Assembly: GCA_038139365.1 (NCBI GenBank)
Contig: JAYOST010000002.1
Span: 1 to 46,195, forward strand
DNA: 46,195 nucleotides
DNA from: Alphaproteobacteria bacterium
GTDB taxonomy: Bacteria > Pseudomonadota > Alphaproteobacteria > Puniceispirillales > Puniceispirillaceae
Reading direction: 5' to 3'
Part shown: one piece after another, positions 1-10,054 of the stretch
Position numbering within the stretch: position 1 is the stretch's first letter
Layout: every line of letters starts with the position of its first letter
The notes under the pieces: generated by a model
Seen by the model: the letters and a program-made list of their open reading frames with translations, nothing else
Told to the model about the DNA's origin: nothing
The model's database searches: none
Program-made: the position numbers and the translations under genes

Positions 1-1653
1 CATCTTGTCGACCGGGATGCCGGTCCAGCTGCTGATCACGGCGGCGATCTGCGCGTCGGTCACCTCCTCGTCGACAAGGTCGGAATCCGAGACCGCCGAT
101 TTCGCCGCGGCGAGTTCCTGATCGATCGACGGAATGCGCGAATAGGCAAGCTCTGCGGCCGCCTCGAGCCGGCCTTCACGCTGCGCCACTTCAAGACTGT
201 GCCGCGCATCCTCAAGCGCCTGCTGCAACCGCCCGACCTCGGCCATCTGCGACTTCACCTGCTCCCACTGCGCGGTCAGTTCGGCCGAATCCGCCTCAAG
301 CCGCGTCAGTTCGGTGGCGATGGCATCAAGCCGCTTCTTGGTTGAACCGCCGCTTTCCTTTTGCAGCGCCGCCTGCTCGATCTTCAGCTGCATGATGCTA
401 CGGTCGGTCGCATCGAGCGTGGCCGGCTTGCTGTCGGACTGGATGCGAAGATGGCTTGCGGCCTCGTCCATCACATCGATCGCCTTGTCGGGAAGAAACC
501 TCTCGGCGATATAACGATGCGACAGCTTCGCCGCCGCGATCAGCGCGTCGTCGGTGATGCGCACGCCGTGATGCAGCTCGTATTTCTCCTTCAGCCCGCG
601 CAGCACGAAGATGGTGTCCTCGACTGTCGGTTCATCGACAAACACAGGCTGGAAGCGGCGGGTCAGCGCCGCGTCCTTTTCCACATATTGCCGGTATTCA
701 TCCAGCGTCGTAGCGCCGATGCAGCGCAGCTCGCCGCGCGCCAGCGCCGGTTTCAAGAGGTTCGAGGCGTCCATCGCCCCGTCGGTCTTACCAGCACCGA
801 CAAGCTGGTGCATCTCGTCAATGAAGAGGATCACCTCGCCATCGCGTGACTGCACTTCTTTCAGAACGGATTTCAGACGCTCCTCGAACTCGCCGCGATA
901 TTTCGCGCCGGCGACCAGCGCCCCCATATCCAGCGAGAGCAACGCCTTGTCGGCAAGCGCCTGTGGCACGTCACCATTGACGATGCGCTGTGCCAGCCCT
1001 TCGGCGATGGCGGTTTTGCCGACCCCGGGCTGGCCGATCAGCACCGGATTGTTTTTCGTGCGGCGGGCCAGGATCTGGATGGTGCGGCGCACCTCGGCCT
1101 CGCGCCCTATGACCGGGTCGAGCTTGCCGCGCCGTGCCGCGTCGGTAACATCGGTGGTGAATTTCGACAACGCCTCATAGCCTTCTTCGGCGGCATCACT
1201 GTCGGCAGTGCGGCCCTTGCGCATATCCTTGATGGCGGCGGCAACACGGGCGGCATCCACCCCGGCCCCGGACAGGATGCGGCCGATCTCACCCTTGCTC
1301 TTGACCATGGCAAGAAGCAACGCATCCACCGCCAGAAAACTGTCGCCGAGGGTTTTCGATTCGCCTTCCGCAGCCTGCAGCACCCGCGCCAGATCCATGT
1401 CGATCTGCAGCTGGTCCGCCCCCGACCCGGTGACCGACGGAATGGCTGCAAGCGCCTTGTCGAGCGCCGCCGACAGCCCGTCCAGATCACCGCCAGCACG
1501 GCCGATCAGGCTGCGCACCGTCACATTGTCATCGGCCAGCAGCGCGCGCAGAAGATGCATCGCGGTGATCTTCTGGTGGTTGGCGCCAAGCGCGTCATTC
1601 TGGGCCGCCAGAACAGCGTTGCGCACAAGAGCAGTAAATTTGTCAGTCTGCAT
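1..1653 (-). CDS. clpB: ATP-dependent chaperone ClpB, N-terminal ~550 aa; runs off the left window edge
   Basis: Hand translation gives [18 protein letters not shown]..., [18 protein letters not shown] (Walker A), [14 protein letters not shown] (Walker B), [14 protein letters not shown], a coiled-coil M domain and [20 protein letters not shown] precedes the ATG at 1653. Missing from the ORF track because there is no stop in the window. Confidence 0.96.
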   Translation of the reverse strand, partial: MQTDKFTALVRNAVLAAQNDALGANHQKITAMHLLRALLADDNVTVRSLIGRAGGDLDGLSAALDKALAAIPSVTGSGADQLQIDMDLARVLQAAEGESKTLGDSFLAVDALLLAMVKSKGEIGRILSGAGVDAARVAAAIKDMRKGRTADSDAAEEGYEALSKFTTDVTDAARRGKLDPVIGREAEVRRTIQILARRTKNNPVLIGQPGVGKTAIAEGLAQRIVNGDVPQALADKALLSLDMGALVAGAKYRGEFEERLKSVLKEVQSRDGEVILFIDEMHQLVGAGKTDGAMDASNLLKPALARGELRCIGATTLDEYRQYVEKDAALTRRFQPVFVDEPTVEDTIFVLRGLKEKYELHHGVRITDDALIAAAKLSHRYIAERFLPDKAIDVMDEAASHLRIQSDSKPATLDATDRSIMQLKIEQAALQKESGGSTKKRLDAIATELTRLEADSAELTAQWEQVKSQMAEVGRLQQALEDARHSLEVAQREGRLEAAAELAYSRIPSIDQELAAAKSAVSDSDLVDEEVTDAQIAAVISSWTGIPVDKM

Positions 1654-1936
1654 GATCATACCCCTTCCCGGCCTGGACGCTGTCATCTGCGGGACCATCA
1701 CGCCTGCACCCAGAGGTGATGTATCGCGCAGTATGCGCCAATCGGCCGACACTTGCCCCCCGCAGGCACCGTCTTTCGACATTTTTTATGCTAGGAGCGT
1801 TTCGTATGTGTTTTAGTTATGTATTGAGGGTCAGGGCTTCAAGTCCCGCCGCCGCGGCCCGCGCTGGCCAAAAAAAGCCTGGGCCTTGATGCGATCCGGC
1901 TTGCCGGGGTGCTGTGCGCGTGGTGAAATCGCCGCC

Positions 1937-3259
1937 ATGTCAGATCCGCGTTCCGAAGTTGCAACGCCTGCCACAATTCTACCGGCATCGACGTTCGATT
2001 TCATGCGGGTCGAGTGGCGCTTTCTGCTGTTCGGCATGGCGATGGCCTTCTGCTCGTCGCTTGGACAGACCTTCTTCATCTCGCTGTTCTCGGCGGAAAT
2101 CCGAGGTGAACTCGGCCTCAGCCATGGAGCGTTCGGGACCTATTACGCCATCGCCACCACGGCAAGCGCGATCAGCCTGCTGTGGCTTGGCAAGCTTGCT
2201 GATACGATGCGGGTGGAGAAACTCGCCCTGTTTGTCATTTGCGGCCTGTGCGCATCGGCGCTGATGTTCAGCCAGGTGAATTCGGTCATCGCGCTTGTCG
2301 GCGGGCTGTATCTGTTGCGGCTGTTTGGCCAGGGCATGACCAGTCACACCTATACAACGGCGATGGCGCGGCGCTATGTGGCGGCACGCGGGCGGGCGCT
2401 GTCTTTGGCACAGCTTGGCATCAACATCGCCGAGTCGATCGGGCCAGCCTCGATCGTGGCGTTGCTGGCGGTGTTTGACTGGCGGTTGTTGTGGCTGTGT
2501 TTGCCCGTCCTTCCGGTGATCGGGCTTCTTCCTTTCCTCAGAATTTTGACGCGGCGCACGCGCTATCAGGATGGTGGCGGGCTTGAAGCGGTAATGGCCG
2601 CCGCCGCCGCGCAGGGTGTTGATGACCGGGCGGATGCCGACATCATCACCATTGACGGGGTCGATCACTGGCGACGACGCGCGGTGATGCGGGACAGGCG
2701 GTTCTGGCTTGGCCTTGTCTGGCTGACCATGGTGCCGGGGTTCACCGTCACCGGCATGCTTTTCCATCAGATCTATCTTGCCGAACTTGCCGGCGTATCG
2801 CTTGCCAGCTGGGCGGCGATGTATGTGGTCTATGCCGTCTGCGCGGTGATCGGCACGCTGGTGTCGGGCCAGCTTGTCGACCGCTACACCGGACGGCGGG
2901 TGGCGGCGCATATGATGCTCCCGATCACCCTTGCCTGTCTGGCGCTGTGGCTGGTCGAGGGGCAGGCCGGGGTGTTTCTGTTCTTTGTGTTTTTCGGCTT
3001 CGCCTCCGGCATGCCGAACACCGCCGTCGCCGCGACGATGGCCGAGATGTACGGCACCCGCTATCTTGGCGAGGTAAAAGCCATATTTCTGCCACTCGGT
3101 GTGTTTAGTTCAGCATTGTCGCCAATGGCGATGGGGGTGCTGATTGATCTTGGCTACGGCATGGGGGTTCTGATGCTTTTGAATATCACACTCGCCCTGC
3201 TGGCACAGGCAGGTGGTGTCTGGATGCTGGGACAGCCCGCACGGATCACAGCAAGATGA
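1937..3259 (+). CDS. MFS transporter
   Basis: About 12 hydrophobic segments; GKLADTMR and GQLVDRYTGRR motif-A loops. Start is uncertain (1889 or 1937). Confidence 0.88.
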   Translation: MSDPRSEVATPATILPASTFDFMRVEWRFLLFGMAMAFCSSLGQTFFISLFSAEIRGELGLSHGAFGTYYAIATTASAISLLWLGKLADTMRVEKLALFVICGLCASALMFSQVNSVIALVGGLYLLRLFGQGMTSHTYTTAMARRYVAARGRALSLAQLGINIAESIGPASIVALLAVFDWRLLWLCLPVLPVIGLLPFLRILTRRTRYQDGGGLEAVMAAAAAQGVDDRADADIITIDGVDHWRRRAVMRDRRFWLGLVWLTMVPGFTVTGMLFHQIYLAELAGVSLASWAAMYVVYAVCAVIGTLVSGQLVDRYTGRRVAAHMMLPITLACLALWLVEGQAGVFLFFVFFGFASGMPNTAVAATMAEMYGTRYLGEVKAIFLPLGVFSSALSPMAMGVLIDLGYGMGVLMLLNITLALLAQAGGVWMLGQPARITAR

Positions 3260-3777
3260 CCCCGAATCACAGCATGGCGAAAATGTTACGTCTCGCCATC
3301 ATCATGATGATGGCTGCGCCGTTGGCAACGCTGTCCGCGGTGACGGCGACTACGGCAATGGCCGATGATCGCTGGGGCGGAACCTGGTTCACCTGTGAAT
3401 TTGCCCGCAGCCAGACGCCACCTGATGATGGCTGCGCGATGTTCGACGATGAAGGCTTCCGCTTCACCGGTGGTCGCTTCACCTATGTGCGGATCACCGA
3501 GTCGGACGAAACCGCCTGCCGCGGCGCGAAGGTTGGCCAGTGTTTTCGCCGTGACCGCCCGGCCATCACCATCAAGACAAGCGACCGTGGGGGGCTCGAT
3601 CTCGGCCCTGACCGGATCAGGGTGACGTATCTGTTCTGCACACAGACCTTCTATTTCAAGGACACGGACCAGTACCGTGAAATCTGGCCGGACGAGACCC
3701 GTTGCTTCTGGGCGCGGAAACGCCACTTCTATATAGCCCGCTACGAGGGCGAGATTACCGAGAGAGCAAAGCCATGA
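3256..3777 (+). CDS. Hypothetical secreted protein with 6 Cys
   Basis: Signal peptide ending in A-M-A; ATGA overlaps with both neighbouring genes; GC-rich third codon positions. Confidence 0.75.
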   Translation: MTPNHSMAKMLRLAIIMMMAAPLATLSAVTATTAMADDRWGGTWFTCEFARSQTPPDDGCAMFDDEGFRFTGGRFTYVRITESDETACRGAKVGQCFRRDRPAITIKTSDRGGLDLGPDRIRVTYLFCTQTFYFKDTDQYREIWPDETRCFWARKRHFYIARYEGEITERAKP

Positions 3778-4664
3778 GCCCGTCTGACACCGCCGGATTG
3801 ATAGCACGGGACGACAGCCGCCGGGTGATCCGGGTCGACGGCGAGGAGGCATGTGATTTCCTGCAGTCGATTCTGACCGCGAATGTCGAAAAGCTGGCTG
3901 TTGCGGAACTTTGCGCTGGCGCACTACTGACCCCGCAGGGCCGGATCCTGGCTGACATGATGATCCATCGCACCGCCGACGGGTTCCTTCTGGATTGTGA
4001 CGCGGCGCGCGCCGAAGATCTGTTCACCAGGCTGCGCCGCTATCGGCTGCGCCGTCCGATTGCCCTCGAGATGATGGACGACCATCAGGTCTGGCTTGGC
4101 TGGAACGGAGCAGCGATGCCAGCTGGCGGCGCCATTGACCCGCGCCACCCGGACCTTGGCTGGCGCTGGATCGGGATAGCTGGCGCGGTGCCGGAGACCG
4201 ATGCACAATCAGCCCCGGCCGATGACTGGCATGTTGTGCGCATCGGCGCCGGCGTGCCGCAGGGACCTGTCGACCTGCAGCCGGAACGGGCATTGATGCT
4301 CGAAGCCGGTCTCGACAGGCTTGGCGCGGTCGATTTCGAAAAGGGCTGCTATGTCGGTCAGGAGGTCACCGCGCGCACCCACTATCGCGGGCTGGTGAAA
4401 CGGCGGATCGTGCCGCTGGCGATTGACGGTACGCGCCCAGGTGCAGATTGCGAGATCCGCGAATCCGACAAGGTGATCGGGCGGGTGCTGAGCCATGCCG
4501 ACACCGCTGACGGCGCGCTATGCCTGGCGGCGATGAAACTGTCCGACATTCACCGGCTGATGGAGAACCCGGAGTCGCTCACCGTCGACGGCGCACCAGC
4601 GCGCCTGGTGATCCCGGACTGGATGCTGCCGCTTCCGTCACCGTCGCGAACGGATGGCGGCTAG
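3774..4664 (+). CDS. ygfZ: Folate-binding Fe-S cluster repair protein YgfZ
   Basis: KGCYVGQE signature; LLTPQGRI and FLQSILT motifs. Confidence 0.92.
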   Translation: MSPSDTAGLIARDDSRRVIRVDGEEACDFLQSILTANVEKLAVAELCAGALLTPQGRILADMMIHRTADGFLLDCDAARAEDLFTRLRRYRLRRPIALEMMDDHQVWLGWNGAAMPAGGAIDPRHPDLGWRWIGIAGAVPETDAQSAPADDWHVVRIGAGVPQGPVDLQPERALMLEAGLDRLGAVDFEKGCYVGQEVTARTHYRGLVKRRIVPLAIDGTRPGADCEIRESDKVIGRVLSHADTADGALCLAAMKLSDIHRLMENPESLTVDGAPARLVIPDWMLPLPSPSRTDGG

Positions 4665-4849
4665 GATTTGTCGCCAAACAGCGCCGCCGCCGCCGCGCTC
4701 ACCGAACCCTTGCCGGCGATAATGGTCTCGACCCTGACGATCTCGGCCTTCATCGCATCGACATAGGCCTGCAGGTCCTCAAGATTCCAGCGCTCCATCT
4801 CGGCGCCGGCGCCGGCTGGTTTCAGCGCCTCCAATTCATCATTCATCAC
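4661..4849 (-). CDS. DUF1192-like small coiled-coil protein
   Basis: 62 aa with the pattern LEDLQAYVDAMKAEIVRVE...SAAAAALF; GGGAGG RBS upstream. Confidence 0.75.
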   Translation of the reverse strand: MMNDELEALKPAGAGAEMERWNLEDLQAYVDAMKAEIVRVETIIAGKGSVSAAAAALFGDKS

Positions 4850-4911
4850 GCGCCTCCCTGCGGCTATTGTTGCGGCAGTATCGGCGATTCCGCCTGCCGC
4901 CGCAAAGCCCT

Positions 4912-4940
4912 TTGCAAAACAGCCTGTTCGCGGCTATATA
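4912..4940 (+). promoter_or_regulatory. Sigma70-type promoter upstream of trcR
   Basis: TTGCAA-N17-TATATA, with the GC-TATA context typical of alphaproteobacterial housekeeping promoters. Confidence 0.55.
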
Positions 4941-5010
4941 GAGGCATCCCCGCTATTTAACGCGAGAATGCGCAGTCCGGTCCCGCCGGTCTTGCAGCAG
5001 AAAGCAGGTT

Positions 5011-5577
5011 ATGATGACACAATTGCTGATGCCAAAGGCGACCGCGGTCTGGTTGATCGACAACACCGCCCTGTCCTTTGATCAAATTGCCGATCTTTGC
5101 AGCCTTCACCCGCTGGAGGTGCAGTCGATTGCCGATGGTGAGACCGGTATCGGGATCCAGGGTTACGACCCGGTGCAGAACGGGCAGCTAACCCGTGAGG
5201 AGATCGAGCGCTGCGAGGGTGACGCCACAGCGCGCCTCGAACTGGCCACTTCCAATCTGCCGACGCCGAACCGCCGCACCAAGGGACCGCGCTATGTTCC
5301 GGTGGCGCGGCGCGGCGACAAGCCTGACGGCATCGCCTGGCTGGTCAAGCACCATCCCGAGCTGAAGGATTCGCAGATCGTCAAGCTGATCGGCACCACC
5401 AAGGAAACAATCACGAAGATTCGCGAGCGCACCCACTGGAACATCAGCAACATTTCGGCGAAACATCCGGCGATGCTGGGGCTGTGCAAGCAGACAGATC
5501 TCGACGCGGCCATCGAAAAATCCGGCGGCACACCGCATGTCGAGGAGCAGGTATCGGATATCAGCGAACTCCCCTGA
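5011..5577 (+). CDS. trcR: DUF1013 family cell-cycle transcriptional regulator TrcR
   Basis: LMPKATAVWLIDNTALSFDQIA, KGPRYVPV, DSQIVKLIGTTK and RTHWN motifs. Confidence 0.88.
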   Translation: MMTQLLMPKATAVWLIDNTALSFDQIADLCSLHPLEVQSIADGETGIGIQGYDPVQNGQLTREEIERCEGDATARLELATSNLPTPNRRTKGPRYVPVARRGDKPDGIAWLVKHHPELKDSQIVKLIGTTKETITKIRERTHWNISNISAKHPAMLGLCKQTDLDAAIEKSGGTPHVEEQVSDISELP

Positions 5578-5628
5578 AACGGCAGCCTGCAAGGCTGACA
5601 AAAGGGCTGCAACACGGGAACGGAACCG

Positions 5629-5844
5629 GTGAGCGACGCCGAGATTGAGGAACAGCGGCTTTTGAAAGCACGGCTTGAGGCACTGGAAAGCGAGCATCGC
5701 GATCTTGATGACGTCATCGAAAGGCTGGCCGACGACATGCCGTTCGACCAGCTGAAGCTGCAGCGGTTGAAAAAACGCAAGCTTGCACTGAAGGATGAGA
5801 TCATCCTGATCCGCAGCCGGATCCTTCCCGACATCATTGCCTGA
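5629..5844 (+). CDS. DUF465/YdcH-family small coiled-coil protein
   Basis: EHRDLDDVI...LQRLKKRKLALKDEI...PDIIA; commonly found next to purE. Confidence 0.85.
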   Translation: MSDAEIEEQRLLKARLEALESEHRDLDDVIERLADDMPFDQLKLQRLKKRKLALKDEIILIRSRILPDIIA

Positions 5845-5873
5845 ATTAATGTCTGAATGATTGCCTGAAACGA
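5838..5873. repeat. Degenerate 3 x 12-bp tandem repeat upstream of purE
   Basis: TGCCTGAATTAA / TGTCTGAATGAT / TGCCTGAAACGA. Confidence 0.5.
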
Positions 5874-5887
5874 GAGTTCCCGAAACC

Positions 5888-6385
5888 ATGTCGACTTCTT
5901 CTTCCAGCCGCCCCGTCGTTGCCATCTGCATGGGAAGCCAGTCCGACTGGGCGACCATGCAGGAAGCGGCGCATATGCTTGAAATGCTCGAGGTACCGCA
6001 CGAGGCAAAAATCATCTCGGCCCACCGCACGCCTGACCGGCTGGCCGCCTTCGCCCGCGGCGCTGCGGATGCCGGTTTCAACGTGATCATCGCCGGCGCC
6101 GGCGGCGCGGCCCATCTTCCGGGCATGATCGCGGCGCATACCGATCTTCCTGTACTTGGCGTTCCGGTGGAATCCAAGGCGCTGAAGGGCATGGATTCAT
6201 TGCTGTCCATCGTGCAGATGCCAGCCGGGGTTCCGGTCGGAACACTTGCCATCGGCATTCCCGGTGCCCGCAATGCGGCGCTGATGGCGGCGCAGATATT
6301 GGCACTCGGCGATGCGGCGCTGGCAGGCCGGCTTCACAGCTGGCGGCAGGCACAGACGGATTCGGTGGCAGACGCGCCGTCATGA
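5888..6385 (+). CDS. purE: N5-CAIR mutase PurE
   Basis: [25 protein letters not shown] and [11 protein letters not shown] motifs. Confidence 0.97.
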   Translation: MSTSSSSRPVVAICMGSQSDWATMQEAAHMLEMLEVPHEAKIISAHRTPDRLAAFARGAADAGFNVIIAGAGGAAHLPGMIAAHTDLPVLGVPVESKALKGMDSLLSIVQMPAGVPVGTLAIGIPGARNAALMAAQILALGDAALAGRLHSWRQAQTDSVADAPS

Positions 6386-7440
6386 CCACCACGATCGGCA
6401 TCCTTGGAAGTGGCCAGCTTGGGCGCATGCTGGCCATCGCGGCGGCGCAGCTCGGACTGGCAACGCATGTCTACGCTCCCGATGCCGACAATAGCCCGGC
6501 AGGGCAGGTGGCGACCACCACGACCACAGCCTCCTATGACAATGCCGAGGCGTTGCGGGCCTTTGCAAGAAGCGTCGATGCCGTGACCAGCGAGTTCGAG
6601 AATGTGCCGGCGGCGGCGATGGAGGTGATCGGCGCCATCTGCCTGGCAAGTCCGGGGGCCGCCGCGCTGCATGCAGCGCAGCATCGCATCGCCGAAAAGA
6701 CTCTTGCCGCAGGGCTTGGCATCCCGACGCCACGCTTCTGGCAGGTGCGCAATCTCGACGATCTGACGCTGGCGATGGAGGCTCTTGGCGGCAAGGCGAT
6801 ACTGAAGACATGCCGCATGGGATATGACGGCAAGGGACAGGTCAGGCTGTCACCTGGCGATGATCTGGCTGCGGCGCTGGCCTCGATCAACAGCGATGAC
6901 ACCATTCTGGAAGAGCTGATCGGCTTCGACGGCGAGATCAGCGCGCTGCTGGCCCGCGATGCCAATGGTGCCATCCGGCATTTTCCACCGTCGCAAAACC
7001 GTCACGAGAACGGCATTCTGGCGCGCAGTGTGGCCCCGGCGCCGGTGATTCCAGCGGTGGCCGAAGCGGCGCAGACAGCGGCAAGCGCGCTTGCCGAGGC
7101 TGTCAATCTTGTCGGCCTCCTGGCGGTCGAATTCTTCATCGCCACCGATGGCAGGCTGCTGTTCAACGAGATGGCGCCGCGCCCACACAATTCATTTCAC
7201 TGGACCATCGAAGGGTGCGCCACCAGCCAGTTCACACAGTTGGCGCGGGTTCTGGCCGGGCTCGGATTTGGCGATACTGCCACTTACGGCCGCTGGCAGA
7301 TGGATAATCTGCTGGGTCAGGATATGGACAGGGTTCCGGAATTGCTGGCCCGGCCCGGGGCGCATCTTCACCTCTATGGCAAGCCGGAAACGCGCCAGGA
7401 CCGCAAGATGGGGCATGTCACCTGCCGCCTTGGCGACTAG
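6382..7440 (+). CDS. purK: N5-CAIR synthetase PurK
   Basis: [34 protein letters not shown] and RKMGH motifs; ATGA overlap with purE. Confidence 0.97.
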   Translation: MTTTIGILGSGQLGRMLAIAAAQLGLATHVYAPDADNSPAGQVATTTTTASYDNAEALRAFARSVDAVTSEFENVPAAAMEVIGAICLASPGAAALHAAQHRIAEKTLAAGLGIPTPRFWQVRNLDDLTLAMEALGGKAILKTCRMGYDGKGQVRLSPGDDLAAALASINSDDTILEELIGFDGEISALLARDANGAIRHFPPSQNRHENGILARSVAPAPVIPAVAEAAQTAASALAEAVNLVGLLAVEFFIATDGRLLFNEMAPRPHNSFHWTIEGCATSQFTQLARVLAGLGFGDTATYGRWQMDNLLGQDMDRVPELLARPGAHLHLYGKPETRQDRKMGHVTCRLGD

Positions 7441-7458
7441 GCCGGACCACCCAACACT

Positions 7459-8376
7459 TCAGTCCTTTGCCAGACTTTCCAGATCAAACGGCGTCGCCTG
7501 ATACAGATCATTGAGCCAGTTGCTGATCAGCAGAAACGCATAGGGACGCCAGAAATTCACCGGCGTCGCCTGCGGGTCGTCCCCCGGAAAATAGCCGTGC
7601 GGCAGAGCTGTCTTGAGCCCCTGCGCAACGTCACGGTGATATTCAGCGCCCAATGTTTCAGCGTCATATTCCAGATGATTGAGAACAAACAGATCGCCGC
7701 TGACCGGCTCGCGCGCCATGCCGATGCCACCGGCATCGCTCTGCGCCAGAATCTCGATGCCGGCAGCCTCCAGATCGGCACGGCGGTTTTCCGTATAGCG
7801 CGACACAGGCATCGGAAAATTGTCGGTAAAGCCGCGCATCAGCCGTTCCGGAACAGGTTTCAGCTGGTGCTCAAAGACGCCGAACAGCTTGTCACCACAA
7901 TCATGCTTCGGCACCTGGTGAAAATGATAGAGCAGCGCCTGCGCGCCCCAGCAGATGCCAAGCCGCCTGAAGCAATGCGTGCGTGACCACTCCATGATTT
8001 CGGTCAGCTCAGTCCAGTAGGCGACCTCCTCGAACGGCAGACGTTCGATCGGCGCGCCGGTCACGATCAACGCATCGAAAAATTCCTCGCGCACATCCTC
8101 GAGTCGGCGATAGAAACGGCGAAGATATCCCGGCTCGGTATGGCGCGGGGTGTAGCTTGCCGTTGTCATCAGGATGAGTTCGATCTGGAGCGGCGAATTG
8201 CCGAACAGGCGGGCAAACTGGATTTCCGTTTCCTGCTTCTTCGGCATCAGGTTCAGCAGCAACAGCCGCAGCGGGCGGATATCCTGGCGAAGCGCCTGCT
8301 TCTGCGCAATCACATCGACCTGCTCGGCGTTAAGGTCCGCGAGGGCTGGCAGATTGTCTGGCACCTTGATCGGCAT
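7459..8376 (-). CDS. metA: MetA-family homoserine O-acyltransferase (probably acetyltransferase)
   Basis: QDIRPL, LNLMP, TGAPIE, ICWGAQA (catalytic Cys) and HLEYD motifs. Confidence 0.95.
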   Translation of the reverse strand: MPIKVPDNLPALADLNAEQVDVIAQKQALRQDIRPLRLLLLNLMPKKQETEIQFARLFGNSPLQIELILMTTASYTPRHTEPGYLRRFYRRLEDVREEFFDALIVTGAPIERLPFEEVAYWTELTEIMEWSRTHCFRRLGICWGAQALLYHFHQVPKHDCGDKLFGVFEHQLKPVPERLMRGFTDNFPMPVSRYTENRRADLEAAGIEILAQSDAGGIGMAREPVSGDLFVLNHLEYDAETLGAEYHRDVAQGLKTALPHGYFPGDDPQATPVNFWRPYAFLLISNWLNDLYQATPFDLESLAKD

Positions 8377-8390
8377 GAGGGTCCCTTAGT

Positions 8391-8450
8391 CTGAATAGCG
8401 GCCTGAATAGCTGGCTGAATAGCGGCCTGTATAGCTGGCTGGATAGTGGG
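8391..8450. repeat. 5 x 12-bp tandem repeat (alternating A/B units) in the metA leader
   Basis: CTGAATAGCGGC CTGAATAGCTGG CTGAATAGCGGC CTGTATAGCTGG CTGGATAGTGGG. Confidence 0.9.
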
Positions 8451-8543
8451 CAAGATGCCCACTTGGCTGGCGTTTATAGCGCAGACAGCGGTCTAAAAAC
8501 CACCCCTGTCAGGTTGCGGCAAAGGATGGTGCGACGTGACCGG

Positions 8544-9224
8544 TCAGCGGCGGATCCGGCCGACCATCTGGAACATGCCTTCGGCAATCCGCTGGCCGGT
8601 GTTGACGACGCTGCGGATCGGCGCCGTGGCTTTGGGTATCTGCGCCACTTCGCGAAGCCTGCGGTCAAGGAACCCCTCGATCACCGCCGGATCTCCGGTG
8701 GTGTCGGCGATCCAGGCCAGAAGTGTCGCGCTGTAGACAGCCGCAAGGGTCGCCCGCTTGCTGTAGAAGGAAAAGTCGGTGTCGCTCTGGCCGGCAGCGC
8801 GCCACATCGCGTCGACGGTGGCATAGAGTGCTCGTGCCGACGCCAGCGCATTGCCGGGAACGGCAAGAATGGTCAGCCCGCGCCGCACAGCTTCCTTGTG
8901 CGGGGCCGCCTGCTGTAAACGGATCAGGATCATCGCGCGAATCATCAGATGCACCCGATCAGGCTTGTCGGGCATCGACTCGAACGCCGCGACCATGGCG
9001 CTGTCAGCGATCGCAGAATGCATGATGATGGCGTCGAGCGCCCCACCAGGAAACAGGCGGGTGACATCATCATCCGTGCAGCCGGCATCACTGGCACCGG
9101 CGCGCAGTGCCGCGTCGCTCCAGCCATCAAAAGGCACATGTACCAGAGCGGCTTCTATGATCGAGGCCGCCTGCGGATCAATCGCACGGCCAGTTGCCCC
9201 ATGAGGGTTGTCGTCTTTGGTCAC
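8544..9224 (-). CDS. COQ9-family (rpsU-divergent) ubiquinone biosynthesis protein
   Basis: HVPFDGWS, TVDAMWRAAGQSDTDFSFYSKRATLAAVY and FLDRRL motifs; GTG start with a GGGG RBS; divergent from rpsU. Confidence 0.9.
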   Translation of the reverse strand: MTKDDNPHGATGRAIDPQAASIIEAALVHVPFDGWSDAALRAGASDAGCTDDDVTRLFPGGALDAIIMHSAIADSAMVAAFESMPDKPDRVHLMIRAMILIRLQQAAPHKEAVRRGLTILAVPGNALASARALYATVDAMWRAAGQSDTDFSFYSKRATLAAVYSATLLAWIADTTGDPAVIEGFLDRRLREVAQIPKATAPIRSVVNTGQRIAEGMFQMVGRIRR

Positions 9225-9559
9225 AGCAGTCCCCGCTTTCCGACCTTGAGCGTGTCTAGCCCTCTTACGTCCCTTTCCAGTTATAGCGCGCGGTCCGGGG
9301 TTTTCCAGTCTCAAACTGACGCAGCGTCTGCTCGTCGCAGGCATCGCCTGCTGGCGTGGCCCACCGGCGGCGTCTGCCTGACGCGCCGCACACCCTGTTC
9401 GGGCTTTACATTCACGCCGCAGGTATGATACCACACGCACCTTGTCGCGACCTGCCTTATGGCGGGCGCACCATCACCTTGTTTCCCGGGATATCGGGGA
9501 CCCCGGCCACCGGGACATGGCGATGGCGATGAAAACCAGACCGAAAGGTGTGATCGACC

Positions 9560-9763
9560 GTGTACGTAACCGTACGAGACAACAATGTTGACCAGGCGTT
9601 GCGCGTTCTGAAAAAGAAGCTGCAGCGTGAAGGCGTGTTCCGCGAGATGAAGAATCGTCGCTCCTATGAAAAGCCGTCTGAGCGCCGCGCCCGTGAAGCT
9701 GCCGAATCGACCCGTCGGGTCCGCAAGCTGATGCGCAAGCGGATGGAGCGCGAGGGCTACTAG
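9560..9763 (+). CDS. rpsU: 30S ribosomal protein S21
   Basis: [33 protein letters not shown]. Confidence 0.98.
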   Translation: MYVTVRDNNVDQALRVLKKKLQREGVFREMKNRRSYEKPSERRAREAAESTRRVRKLMRKRMEREGY

Positions 9764-9803
9764 AGCTTTCGCCGCGAACCGCCTAGCGTGGTGACATGCG
9801 AGG

Positions 9804-9840
9804 AAAGCCGCCCTGGCCCTGCCATGGCGGCTTTTGTTGT
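9804..9840 (+). terminator. Intrinsic terminator after rpsU
   Basis: AAAGCCGCC-CTGG...CCA-TGGCGGCTTT stem followed by TGTTGT. Confidence 0.7.
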
Positions 9841-10054
9841 TGCTGGGGGTGCTGGGTAGCCCGGCTGACGTCCTGGCCCATATTTGTCACGATCCGCATG
9901 TGACAGAATATCTCTCTGCGAATTATAGCGATTCGCGCAAAAATCCCTTACCAACTCCGGGGTTGTGCACTGGCCCCCTGCCGGTCCACATTGCAGCATG
10001 GAAATTCGGGGCCGTCCCGACCCACAGATTGGAAAACAACATAAAGGCTGGGAC

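Noticed and set aside
1799-1827. dif-like sequence GTTTCGTATGT-N7-TTATGTATTGA
   Set aside because: The spacer is 7 bp rather than 6, the inner TAA of the XerC arm is missing, and the XerD arm diverges after TTATGT. More likely AT-rich promoter DNA.
1830-1860. tRNA T-arm-like GGGCTTCAAGTCCC
   Set aside because: No acceptor, D or anticodon stems and no integrase nearby.
8391-8450. CRISPR-like appearance of the metA repeats
   Set aside because: 12-bp units with no spacers and no cas genes.
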